From the NCBI GenBank assembly GCA_963575745.1, contig CAUYUJ010000228.1:1-64000 (forward strand): 64,000 nt of DNA, given 5' to 3'. Position numbers and translations under genes: made by a program. Shown here piece after piece: positions 48,400 to 61,253 of the stretch. Below the pieces are notes generated by a model. That model searched no databases. It saw only the letters and a list, made by a program, of their open reading frames with translations, and had not been told where the DNA came from. Source of the DNA: Prorocentrum cordatum (Eukaryota). The first letter of the stretch is position 1. Each line of letters begins with the position of its first letter.

Positions 48400-51270
48400 C
48401 CTCCGCCTGTCCATGTCGGCACACCCCTCACACGGTTCCTGGCCCTACAGGGAGCTCCACCGAAGGTCCCAGTGGCACAGTTCGCGTGCGTCGCCCTCGC
48501 TCATTCCAGCACACGCCTGGCACGTCCTGTCCCCGCTCATTTCGGCACACGCCTCGCACGTTTTGTGGCCCCACAGGGAGCTCCACTCAAGGTCCGCGTG
48601 GCACAGTTCGCATGTGACCCCCCCCGTCCATCACGGTACGCCCCTCCAATGTGTCGTGGCCCCATGGGGAGCTCCACCAGAAACGATACCAAAAAGGTTC
48701 CCACATCTGCCTATGGTCGGGACTTTCGCCAATTTTTTCTCAACCATCCTGGGTTGAGTTGGACCCTCGTTTTGAATCAGCGGCGCCCCGCGTCTCCTTC
48801 GCTCCCTGCTCCTCCCCCTCCTCACTCCCCCCCTCCTCCCCCTTCTCACCATTTCGGTACACCACTCGCACGTCTCGTGGCCCCATAGGGATATCCACCG
48901 AAGGACCCAGTGGTTGTGCCCGCATGTCACCGCCACCCCTTTTTGGCGCACTCCTGAGCCGTTCCGTGGCCCTACAGGGAGCTCCATCTCAGGCCCCCCC
49001 CGTGGTTGCGCCCGACTGTCACCGCCACCCGTGGGTGCGCCCGCATGCCGCCGCCACCCCACTTTGGCGCACCTAAGACTTTTCGTGGCCCTGTCGGGGG
49101 CTTTACCTAAGGCCCCAGCGGTTGCTCCCGCCCGCCGCCGCCACTACATTTTGGCGCATCCCTCGCACGTTTCGTGGCCCCGTAGGCCATAGGGAGCTCC
49201 ATCTAAGGCCCCAGTGGTTGCGCTTGCATGCCGCCGCCACTCAACTTTGTTGCACTCTTCACACGTGCCGTGGCCCCATAGGGAGCTAATGCCCACATGC
49301 TAAAGTTCAGATGAGCTCTCCCCTCCAATTTCGGTTCATCATTCATGCGTGTCGTGGCCCCCAAATGGGGGCCCAACTACTGCCCAAGTTGCCGCAGTTC
49401 GCATGAGCTGCCGCTTTTCATTTCAGCACATTCTTCGCTCGTTCTGTGGCCCCCAGATGGGGGCCCCAGTGAAGACCCGAATTCGAAAATGCACAGGGGC
49501 TCTCGCCTTTCGTTTCGGCGCATTCTTTGCGCGCTTCGTGGCCCCATAGGTGGCCTCGGCTAAGCTCAACCACCAACGTTCACATGGTATCCCGCTTGTC
49601 ATGTCGTCGCGCCCCCGCACGCTGCGCAGCCTTTTTTGGGGACCCAAGTAAGGCCAACATGCCTGGGTTCGCACGAGCTCCCGCCTCCCATGTCGGCACG
49701 GCCCTCGCCCGCCTCGTGCCCCTGGAGAAGGGGCCCAAATTGAGGTCCAATTGCCAGGGTTTGAGTGAAAGTTCAAATGTGTTGATGGTTGTTTCTTTTT
49801 CCTTTTCCTATACTTATGTTTTTTTCCTTATTATCCTTCTTCTTCTTCTTCTTCTTCTTCTTCCCCATCATCATCATCATCACATTTTTTCCGTTTCTTG
49901 CTGTTTTTTTTTCATCATCACAATTTCCGTGTTCTTCTTATTCATCATTTCCATTATCATCATCACCATCGTCATCATCATCATCACCATCGTCATCATC
50001 ATCATCATCATCATCATCATCAGCAGCATCGTCATCATCATCATCATCATCAGCATCATCCTCCGTTCTTGTCGTCACCATCAGCATCATCCTCATCACC
50101 ATCATCACCATTCGTTTATTTCTTCATAGATCCCCGCTCCTCGCACGTTTTTTGGTCCCATGGGCTCCTCACATTTCGGCACACCGCTCGCACGTTTCGT
50201 GACCGTGCAAGGAGCCCCACCTAAGACTCGCATGCCAAAGTTCACATGCGTCCCCGCCTTCCCGCTTGAAATGTGGGCCCAAACTAAAGCCCACAGGCCA
50301 AAGTTCATGCGAGTTCCCCCTTTGTCATTTCGGAACACCCATCGCGCGTTCCGTGGCCCCAGAAAAGGGGGCCCCAACCACGGCCTACATGTCGAAGTTC
50401 ACATGAGGTATCATTTTTGATCTCGGCACGTCCACCCCCCTCCTGGCACATTTTGAATAGGGGGCCCCAACTACGGCCACATGCCACAGTTCATATGAAC
50501 TGCCGCCACTCATGTCGTCACACCCCTTGTACGTTTCGTGGCCCCCTTGTGACCCCAGCCAGGGCCCAAATGCCCAAGTTCAATTGAGTTTCCAATTTCC
50601 TTTTCGGCGCACCCCCTCGCACGTCTCGTGGCCCTATAAGAGGGCAGCCCACTTGAGGCCGAAACGCCAGAGTTCACATGAGCTCCCGCCTCTCATTTCT
50701 GCGCGCCCCTCGCAAGTTCTGTGGCCACATAAGGAACCAAAAGTGAGGCCCAAGTACCAAATTCACACGAGCTCCCGCCTATAATTTCGGCACACCCTTG
50801 CACGTGTCGTGAACCCATAGGGAGTCCCAGCTAGGGCCATATGTCAAGTTTCATGTCGGCACGCCTCTCGCACGCTTCGTGGCCGCATAGGGAGTTCAAA
50901 ATTGAGCTCAGTTGCCGAAGTTCGCATGTTTTCCCGCCTATCATTGCGGCATACCGCCCGCTCGTTTCGTGGCCCCATGAAGGGGGCTCCAGCTAAGGCC
51001 GGCATGCCAGGGTTCGCACGAGCTCCCGCCTCTGTTTTCGGCAAGTCCCTCACACGATTCGTGCCCCAATACGAGTTCAAACTAATGCCCAGGTGTTCGC
51101 ATGAGCTCCTGCTTTCTATTTCGGCGAGAAGGCCCACATGAACAGGTTCACATGAGTTCCCGCTTCTTTTTTCGGTGCATTCCTCACATTTCAAGGGGGC
51201 CCCACCGAAGGCCCAAATGCCAGTGTTCGCGTGAATTCTTTCGGGGCGACCAGCACGCGTCGCACGTGCT
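48400..51270. repeat. Diverged ~90-bp satellite array, interrupted by a (CTT)/(CAT)n tract at about 49790-50130
   Basis: Recurrent cacgtttcgtggccccatagggagctcc...aaggccc motif about every 85-97 bp (e.g. 48557, 48650, 48868, 48960, 49166, 49263, 49348). Confidence 0.85.
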
Positions 51271-52399
51271 CCCCAAGCGCTGTGCCTTCACGGGCTGCCC
51301 TTGCGCCCTGGAGCGGGGGCGACATCTACGTATGTATTTTGTGGGCGCCTTAAAGAAAACGCTCTCCGAGCATCGGATCCTCCTCTCGGTGCCCCAGTCC
51401 TGGTTGCTCGCTCCCTCACCCCCTTTGTGCTTGCAGCTGTGTATAGTTGGTCATTCGCCGGGATATTTCGTTCTGTGTCCGCATTTTTTTTGGTTATGGC
51501 TGCGTGCACTTTTCAGTTTAACAAAGGCTTCCTACACCGACCGCTCTTCTGGCAAGGATAGGGCCGCGTGCTGTTTTCGGTTCTGAGATTGCGCTGCTCC
51601 CGATGGGTAGGATTTGGTCACAACTGCAGTTTGGAACGCATCGTGTGAGGCTTGCTTGCTGGCGCTCTCGGAGGCATAGGCTGCAAGGGCACCCAGCACC
51701 CAGCTTCGAAATTTACGTACGGGTGTAGTAGCGTTTTTTTGCCGAAGGGTGCCGATGAACCATCTTCTGTTTTTACTAGTGTGGCCTAGTGAAGACTGTA
51801 GGTTAAGTGGGGGGAAAGGGCGCTCCATCTTGGTCTCTGAGCTGCGGGCTCGAGGCGAGTTGTACTGGTGGGCCTCCGGCCAAAAAGGCGGGGGGGCCCG
51901 CGGCTCGCGGGGGGCTATGCCGCCATGGATGATACTCGCCGTTCACGCGAGCGTGATCGCCATGGGGGGCACATGTTGGGTAGCGGAAGGGTGGTGGGGA
52001 TCCACGCGGGCGAGCCCCTCCGGGGGCGGGCCCGCGCTCCCACCGCCGCCGAGCCCCGATGCCAGAGCGAAGCCCGCCCTCGGCGGAGGGGGGGTCGTGG
52101 CAAGGGGCGCGGAGCGGTGACGCCCGCCGCCAAGCCATCCCCCAGAAAGGGGCGCGCGCCAGCCGAGGGGGCGAGTTCGCCCCGCGCCGCTGCGCCCGCC
52201 GCGGCTACAACGACTACGAGGGCGCAGAGGGTCAGCAGCCAGTCGGACCCAAGCCGACCTCGGCGAGGGACCGGGCGGGCGCGGGGGGCAAGCCTCCGGG
52301 CGAGCCTCGCCGCGACCTTCCCGGCGCTGCGGGCACCGGGCCGCCCCGCGCGCGGTACGGGTCCAGCCCCAACCGGGGGGGGGCGAGGCGCCGCTGATG

Positions 52400-55300
52400 G
52401 CGCCGGGTCAGCCTCGGGCGGGGATGGGGGCCTCGCGCGAGCCCGCGTCGCTTGGGGGAACGCTGGGAGCTTCGTGCGACCAGGGGGGCCGGGCGTGGGG
52501 AAACTGGGTCCCCGCGTGGCCGAGCTGGATGGCCTGGCCATCGTCTGGGCCGCCGCCTACACCGCCGCCTCCGCCTCCGCCTCCGCCCCCAAGCGAGCCC
52601 CCGATCTGGGAGTTCGACTGGGGCTTCACGGCGTGGGCCCTGAAGGTTAGTGGGTTCGCGTCCTGGTTTAGCGCGCCGGCGCGGATCGGGACCTTCCGGC
52701 AAAATGGAGGCTTCCTCGGTTCGATGATCGACCGGGCTGGTATTACCCTGTTGGGTGACTGGTGGGGGACAGCCATCCTGTGCGGATCCGTCGCGATGTT
52801 AGCCATCTTCCTGGGGCTGTGCGCGCCTCCTGCATCATTATGGCGACGGCCCCCCTGGGGTGGCTGTGGTCGGCTCTCCGCTGGTCCCGCTGCCAGATTG
52901 GGGTCTGTTGTCGCCGACGGGGAGCTGGCCCCGAGGCGATTCCACCCCCGCCGCCGCCCGCCCCAGTCTACGTGCGGTGGCGCTCCCGGGATCGGGGGGG
53001 CACGGAGTCCGAGTACCACGCCAGAGGACGGGGTACGGGACGCCTCCAGAACCACATCCCGCTGCGGAAGCAGGGCCGGTCGCCCGCATCTCCTGCGATT
53101 TCACCCCTGAGCCGCGTCTGGATCGGCACGGCCTGAATGTCAGGGTGAACGGAGTCCTCGGCTGTGCGAGCAGGGCCATGCGCGAAAGCTTGGAGGCGGT
53201 GGGCCAGGTGCACCTGTGCCGCACCGCGGGCTGCGCCGCCGCCACCACTTCTACGTGGATCAAGGCGCCGTCGCCGACAGCGCGCAGATCGTGGACTTGG
53301 GGGGCCCCCGCGCGCCCCACTTGGGGGCGAGCCGTGCGCGTCGGGCTCCGCAAGCTTGGCTGGACACTGTACTACGTATTAGGTGGCGCGGGCTGGGCCG
53401 CCGTGCAGTGGCTGATCCGCCCGGCACCGCCGCCGCGTTTTATCGCCGAGAGCGCGGGGCCACGGTTCCTCGGATCCGACTCCGAGAGCGAAGTTGAGGC
53501 GGGCGAACGCCCGTGCCTAGCGGCGCGAGTGGGCGTGCAGCTCGCCGATGGTGCGCGCGCGCTCCAGCCCGATGGGTGCGGCGATCTGGGGCCGAGGACG
53601 CCGAGGTGTCCCATGTCGCCCTCCCAGCTCGGGGAGAGGCGGCGCGGATCTGCCTCTTCGCTCACCGCGCTCAGAAGTACCGAGCTACGTTTCCAGGATG
53701 GAAGTGCAGTATACCGACCTGCTACCGGACGTCCACGGGAGTGATCGGAGGAGCACTTTGGAGGCAGCCCGACGGTCAAGGTGGAGGCTGCGTTTTTTTT
53801 TTTTTTGGGGGGGGGGGACCGGCGCCGCAGAACGCAAGCCCCCCTCCCTAAGAGCGGACACAGGCGCGGTCGTCACGCGCCTGCCCGCTACTCGGGCAAA
53901 CGAGCACTGCGCCGCTCACGGCAGCCCTTAGCCCACCGTGAACGGCTCGAGCTTGCGGAGTGGTTGACGGCTGGGAAGGCAAGGCCACGAGAAAGACTCT
54001 AGCCCAACGGGGGCCACGAGAAAGACGCTAGGTCCAGGCATCCGCGGGGGTCTACGACGGCGGCTTCGAGGTGGAAGGGGGCCCAGCCCCGCGCCGGACG
54101 GCCCGGGCCGCCGATGGTTGGCTGGATGCTGGTGCGCCGCCCGATCGGCCCCGCCCGCCTCCGCCTCTAGGGGTAACTTTCGAGGCTGCGACCCCACCGA
54201 CACCAACGCAACGGCGAGCTCGCTCGGCGGAGGCCTGGCCCGACGACTGATCCCGGTCGCCCGGGCGGGGGTCGCGTGAGGCGCAGATCGTTGGGCACCA
54301 GTGGATCCAGGAGCGCTTCGCCGTCAAGGTCTGCCCCGCTTACGGTGAAGCCCAGACCGGGCCCCCACCCGCGACGGCCGCCGAGCGCCCTCCCAAGAGG
54401 TGCCTACTGCTGGGCGTGTGCGATGGGGTGGCCACGCGATCCGGGGTGCTGGGGACCCAGATGACCATCGCCGCGAACCTCGGGAGCTTGCAGGTCGAGG
54501 TCGACGCCGGCGAGATAGTAAGGTATCCCGCCCCCCTGGGTGAGGGTCACTGCGATCTGGACTGGTTCAACCGCTTGCTGTTCGAGATACCTATGGGATG
54601 CAGGGAGGTCGGGGTGCGAGTGGTCGCTCATCACCTCCCCCCGAACTCGCCGACCGCCTCGATGCCGAAGGATGGGGCGGGGGGCGGGGCGCGCATAGAT
54701 GGAGGAGCCGATCAGCAGAACACTGGGCGCGTCTATATGAGCGCCGTCCAGCGGAGCGCGCTCCAGCGCGATGCGCCGGCCCTGCTCGGCTACCATCGCC
54801 GGGGCGGCGCCGCCGAAAGCCTCCGCGGGCGAGGGGCGGGCGTCGGTGGGGGCCTTCCTCAGCCGCCGCCCCTCCCACCGCCCTTCGAGGCCCCGCCTCC
54901 GGAGCGGCAGCCGGCAGGGGGCTGGGAGCAGGGGCCCTGGCGGAGGCGGAGGCCCTGGCCCCGCTGGGCTTTACATCGCCGCGCTGCGCGGAGGTTCGGA
55001 TCCTCCGGAAGCGCTGGGCACGGTGGCGGAAGTCCCGGGGGTGGGCATGGTCGAGGCCGAGCGCCGGATGCGTCGCGGAGTGGGGCAGCTCGCCGCAGAT
55101 GGTATCGTGGATGCGGAGGTGCAGCGGAGGCTTGCCCGGCCTGCCGAAGCCCGCCGGGGCCAGATCGCAGCAGTGGATACTCGCACCTCGGTGGAGTGTG
55201 GGGGGCGCAGCCGGTCAGCCCACAGTCGCGCCAATAGCCGGGCGCGAGACGGGGGCCCGCCCACGTTGGCGAGCCCGACGGGGCCCCGGCTTCAGGGTGC

Positions 55301-56860
55301 GCACCGTCACTCGCCTCTGCGGGCGCTGGGGCGCCCCGCGCCGGGCCGAGCCAGCAGCCGCGACCTCCCGCTGTCGCGCGACCTCTTCGGAGCCCGCGCG
55401 AGCCGTGGCCACGTGCGTGGGCTCGCGGCCGGCTACCAGGGCCGGGCGCCGCAGCGGCGGGGTCGAGGGTAACCCGCTGCTGAGCGGAGGAGCGTTCGAG
55501 GAGGGTCCGGGGCGCTTCCTATATGGCGACGCGGAGGGGGGAGAGCGTGCCGGGCACCCCGGCGATGCTACAGACCCACCCGCACCTGGGACCTTGGCGG
55601 AGGTGACGCAGATTATGTGGGAGGGTTTTGAGCGGCAGATCCACGCGGCCGAGCGGCAGGCGCGGGCCCAGGAGGGCGAGCGGAAGCCCCGCGGGACGCG
55701 TGCCGGGACCGGCCGCGACGATGAGCTTGACCAGTTCATCGCGCGTGGGTGTAATATCCTCACTGTCGAGGCAGGCGAAACCATCGCAGGGCAGGACCTC
55801 TTCGACTCCCCGAAGCGGATGTGTGCCTACTCGAAGAGCACGCTAGAGCGTGTGGAATGGCCGGCCCTACTTATGTTAGCAGGGTTGCGTGCGCCTTCGC
55901 TGCGCTGGCGTTTGGGTCTGGGGCCCACATCTCAGCGTGAGCGACTGCGTCCCCGTGCGCGACGAGGACTTCGACGCGTGCCGACTTCCCGTCGACGACA
56001 AGCTCGAACCTCAGCAGTGGGAGGTTACCCGCGTGACCATTTGGTTCGAACGGGCCCGGTGTAAGATTCAGATGCTGGAGTCGGTCCTGGGGGTCGAGCA
56101 CGGAGACGAACGGCGCCAGGCGCTTCAGTTCTTGGAGGCCGCGAACGAGCGAGACCCGTCCGAGTTTCCGGACCGGTGGGTGCGCGCCCTCTGGGTGGAG
56201 GAGCTGCGCGAGCTGCGGCGCCGCATCTGCCGCGACCTTGGGACCGACCGCCCGTGGAACGACGACGTGGAATACGTTCTCCTGATGCTGGACACGAGGT
56301 ACCGACTCCGCAACACCTTCGACCTCGGAGCGCCCGACGGCCACTGCCAGCATGTGGTGAAACCGCGGCGCTCGAGATGCGACGGCTCCTCTACGGCCAA
56401 CTCGACAAGCCCGATCCGAGGGGGAAAGCCAAGCCTACGAAGGCCGGCGAGGTGGGGGATGGCCCGGCCGGGGCCGAGCGCGGGCCCCCGCCGCCCGCGC
56501 CCGGAGGCGCGGAGGGGGAGGGGGGCCCCGCCAGCGTGGCAGGAGCGACGGGCGGGAAGCCCCAGCTCCCCAAGCGCCTCTGCCCCGCTGGGAAGCATTT
56601 TGCGGACGCCGAGTCCAAGCGCTCCGTCGCGCACGCTCCCCGCGATAGCGCAGGGGGGCCCATCTGCTGGGGGGCTGCTACCCACTGCGGATGCCCGTGG
56701 AAGGCTGGAGACTGCCCCAACTCTCGCGCCCCGATCAAGGGGCTCGGGGGTCTTGATTACAGCGTGGTCATGCAGATCACACGGCGTGGGGGCCTGTTGG
56801 GCGGGCCGAAGATCGAGCCGAAGGAGGTGGACGGCCGCGTCGCACAGCTCCGCGCCTAAG
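52400..56860 (+). pseudogene. ORF1/gag-position region of element B (fragmented)
   Basis: Codon-biased fragments in ORFs 52397, 52860, 54416, 54598, 55889 and 56176, ending in the zinc-finger-like ICWGAATHCGCPWKAGDCPN. Confidence 0.5.
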
Positions 56861-58199
56861 CCAAGCAGGAGGCAGCGGACAAGGCCCCAGCCGGGGCGGG
56901 GGCCGGGGGGCCGGCTCCAAGGCCGGAGGGGTGGCCCCAGCCGAGTGCGCCGATTTGTAGCTGACCGCCCTCCAGGGGGAGCTCCAAGACGCGCTCAAAG
57001 GTCCCGACTGCGACTGGTTACGCGACCATGACGAGGCCCGTGCGGACGAAACGTGGGGGGCCTGGCCCGTCGGGGAGGAACCCGACCGGCGGCGCCGCAT
57101 CATGGCCGACTTGGAGGAGGAAGCCATCTTCGCTCTTCTGGAGGGGGCTCGCACTTCCCTGCAGAGCCACGGACGTTCGCGTGCTGGTGGCGCGGCTCCG
57201 AGGCGAACACTTCGTGCTCGAGCGGACGCTGGAGCAGGCAGCGGATCGAGGACACCGCAGTCTCCGCGAGGAGGCGGCGGAGTACCACCAGCGCGTGAGC
57301 ACTACGGCAGGGGAGGTTCCCGAAGGCGGAGCCACCGTGAGCCCCCCCCAATGGGGGCAGGATTCGACGCTCGGCCGTGGGTAGTTTATTTTCTGGGATG
57401 GGGACCGCCAGGTCGCGTGGGATTACGCCGATTACCGAGATCGGATCGTTCCCGGCGACGTCGTCGGCAGCGCCCTTGGGCTCGAGCCCCGTGAGGCGGA
57501 AGAGCGGCAGTGTCTGCTGCTCCGCGTGGCTGCCGGATTGCTGGTCCTGGGGGGCCGGTCCGTCGCCCTCCCCGCTGCGGCGGACGTCCGCGCACGTGCC
57601 GCCACGCTGCGGACAGGGCTGTGGGGGGCTGCCAAGGAGGCTTGGTGCGCCCTCGGGGGCACCCCGCCATGGATCACGCCCGCTGAGGCCGACGTCCGCT
57701 CTTACCTGCATGATGCGCTGCACGCACGCCGCGACAAGGGCCGCCGCTGCCTCCTAGCGTGCCCCCTGCAAGATCTGCAAACGGCTACGCTCCAGATCCA
57801 CCGCGTTGGCGGCTCGGGGCGCCTGTGCATCGACCACCTCATGGGGCGTGGGCCCGAATCCGAGGAGCGGGTTATCCCCATCCTCATCTACGCTGGCCAC
57901 GTGCGCTTGCTCCTGCCACGGGAGCCTGCGGAGGCGCGGGCCCTAGGACGCCGCTGGGCAGCCTACGGTCGTCTCGCCCGCGAGCTTGTCAGCGCTGGCT
58001 GGGCCGAGCGCTTGGGCGAGGGCCCCGACGCGGAGCCTTCGGTCCCGGGTAAGGGGGGGCCCTGTCCCTTGTGCAAGAATGCCGACGGACGCAGTGGGCG
58101 CGTCAGTGGACGCGCGCCCGCTTCGTTCTCCGACCACCCTGCGGACGTGCAGGGCACCCTGCTTGCGGCGTGTGCCCGCCCCCTGCGTCGCGACCCTGT

Positions 58200-58985
58200 C
58201 TTCGCGTTCGGCGTCGTCGCCCAAGGAGGTGTGCGCGAGGTCGGGTGGCTGGTCCTCCGCCCTCCGCGCGGAGGGGTTTCACGTCTGCGAACCCATCGAG
58301 TTCTACGCCGACCCCCTGTGGGAGACTGGCCCGCGACGGGATCGCGACCTGGCCGACCCCGCATGCCCAAGCGCGCCTGGAGCAGGACGCTCGGGCCCCA
58401 CCAGGGCCCGACGCTGCGAGCGTCTGGTGCTGGGGCCCCCCCTGCGGTTCCTACTCCGATTACGGGTTGATGGCTCATCCCGGCGGGCCCCCTCTGGGGG
58501 CCCGCACCTGGGCGCAGCCACAGGGCGATGGGGCCCGCGACTTCGAGGAGGTGGGGAACATGCACGCGCGCTTCACTTGCGAGATCTGCAAGATCCTCCA
58601 TGCCGAGGGCAAGGAGTTCCTTGTGGAGTCGTCTTCCCCCTCGGGGCGGTATCCCAAGATCTGGGGCCAGCCAGAGATGATCGAGCTGCGGCGCACCACG
58701 GGGGCCCTGATCGTCCCAATCCACATGTGCGCCTGGGGCAAGACTCCCTCCGATGCGCCCGACAAGCGCTATCGCAAAGGCAGCTGGGTGCTGGTGTCAC
58801 CGCGCCTCTACCTGTGCGCCCTCCTGTTGGCCCGCCGGTGCCCCGGCGACCATGGGCGCGTGGAGCTCAAGGACGCGGTGCCTGGCACCGGTGTCGAGCG
58901 GACCAAGGAGGCGCAAGAGTGGGCCCCGCGGCTTTGCAAAGCTTGGGCCGAGGTCATCCGCGGAGCGCTCGACCAGTGGAACGTC
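58200..58985 (+). pseudogene. DNA (cytosine-5)-methyltransferase domain of element B
   Basis: Motif I-like EVCARSGGW (58227-), DLADP, catalytic WGPPCGSYS (58431-58457), FLVES (motif VI variant), HMCAWG...YRKGSW, LARRCPGDH, AQEWAPRLCKAWA. Two frameshifts (about 58223 and 58365). Confidence 0.8.
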
Positions 58986-59439
58986 CGCCAGCTGCGGCGG
59001 CAGCTGGGCCCTTTGTGGGATGGCCAGGGGGCGTCCCCCATTCCGCGCCAGGCGACCTCCAGGAGGTCGACTTCGCGGGCATACAGCGACTCGAACCTGG
59101 GGGGGACGGCTCAAAATGTGGCCGCTTATCCCCTGCCCTCCTGAGAGCACGGGCAAGCCAGCCCAGTCCCAGCCCGAGTGGCGGGGACGGGGGCTCAGGG
59201 GCCACCCCGAAGCCCAAGGTGCAGGCCTGTGAGGACCCCGCGCTGGACCGCCGCGAGGACCTCGACGGGTGCAGCCCCGCCGAGCTTGCACTAGTATGCA
59301 TCAACTTCGGCGCGGCTCACCCCGACATCGACCCCGTGGCCATGGCCGCGCTGGTAGACCTCGGAGACCGCCAGGTGGGCAGCGCCCGTTCGCTGGAGCA
59401 GGCTGCCAGCCACCTTCGGCGGGCTCGCCATGAGCGCCT

Positions 59440-61030
59440 GGGGAACCCCTTGCAGGGGGTGTTCGGCGATCGGGTCCGGCGGTGCCTTAGTAAGGAGCAT
59501 TTCGATTACATTAAGGATTTAGCGGAGCATGGGGCCGCGGCGCGCCGGGAGGGCCCGAGGCTGCGCGAGCGCGCCCAACCCTGCCAGAGCGTCCGCGCCC
59601 ACATCCGGGAAGCCTACGAGAAGATCTGGAAGGACGTGGCCTTCGGAATCGCGCTGGTCACTTCGCAGACAGGACGATCTCCACCGAAGGGAGGATTATC
59701 CATGCCTTGCTCTCGGCCAACGCGGCCACGAGCAAGCAGGATCACCCGCCCGCGGTGCAGCCACGGCATCGCCAGGTGGCGCGCCCTGCTGTTTGGCATC
59801 GGGCCCGCCACCCGGGCGTGGACCTACTGTGCGCCAAGCGCGACGTGTCGCGCGCCTTCAAGTGGATCGACATACGCCCTATCGACGTCGCTTCCTGGCG
59901 AGCTCGCCAGGGTCGCGGGCGACATACGAGTGGTCTACCTGGCCATGGCGTTCGGATGGACCAGGGCGCCCGGCAACTATATGATGCTCGCGCTTGCGGC
60001 CCGCGACGTCCACGAGTGCCACCGCCCCGCGGGGGCGGAATCTCGGAATGGCTGATGGACGACCCCGTCGCGGTCGAGCCCGCTTTGGGCGTGAGGCCCT
60101 GGATGGCCTGCGATGCCCTCGACGCGGCGATCCGCGAGGTGTTCGGGACCGAGGCCGTGAACGCCAGCAAGCGGGACGTCGAGGGGGAGCCTTCCTGGGC
60201 ACCGATCGCATGGGGCCTCCAGATGGACTTCGAACGCGAGAGGTCTCGCTACACGAGCCCAAGGCCATGAAGATGCGTTATCTCTTGGCGGAGCCCGAGC
60301 TAGCATTTGGGGAGCGCGCAGTGCGGCTCAGGACGGCCCGCGAGCTCAGCGGCCTGGGACAGCACTGCGCGAGTGCGGCTCCCCAGCTGGCGTTGGAGTT
60401 GCCGGCGATCCACCGCGTGTTGGCGTGCGACTGGGGCCAGGCCTATGTGGGGCCCCGCGGCGACAACCGCCAGGTGGCGGCCGCCTGGGACGATTGGGGC
60501 CGGACCCTGGAGTGGCTCCGCTTCTGCTTCGAGATGCTGGTCGAGGGTAACTTCGAGTCCTCGTTCGAGGGACTCCTGGCGGTGCGCGAGGCCCTAGCCC
60601 TCCCAGGGGGCGCGGGGGCGCCTGCGCTGGCTCGGCGGCGACGCCACTCTGGAGCGGATTGGTTCGCTCGACTGGGGTTCGCGCGAGTACATCGTGGCGG
60701 AGGCCTCAGCCTACCTGGAAATCCTGAAGGACGCCCCGGGGATCACCTGGGAGGGGGGGGCGAGATCATCGCCGCCGTAGAGTTACTCTGCCTCCTGGCC
60801 CTGGCCGCCGAGAACGGGGAGCGCTGGTGCCAGCGCCTCCTGCCGTACGTGACGGACAATCTCAATGTTAGCCGGTGGCTGCGACGCCGGAGAGCCCGCA
60901 ACGCAGTGGCTCGCCACCTGCTGCGGGTTCTTGCGATGCTAGAGCTTCGGTGCAAGTTTCGCCTGCTGGACGGGCTCTACTTACGGACCTACCACAACGA
61001 GAGGGCCGACTACATTACTAGGGCCCCGCT
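59440..61030 (+). pseudogene. Reverse transcriptase and RNase H of element B
   Basis: RT: HPPAVQPRH, KRDVSRAFKWI, VVYLAMAFGWTRAPGNY, WLMDDPVAVEP, IAWGL. RNase H: IIAAVELL, YVTDNLNV, YLRTYHNERADYITR. Several frameshifts. Confidence 0.85.
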
Positions 61031-61253
61031 CGACGAGGTCAGGGCCCACATGGGCGTGGCGGGCTGGACTGAGATCCAGCCCGCGGCACGCTGGGGCGAG
61101 ATCGTGGAGGATGCGGCCCTGCGGGGGCTGCGGATACCTGGGGGCACCGGCCCTTGGCGGGCCGCGGCGTTGCAGGTCAAGGGGGCCAGGCAGGCCGTGC
61201 CACGCTACGCCCCGCTCGAGATCGACGGAGCCCTGCTGATCGAGGTAGGGGGA

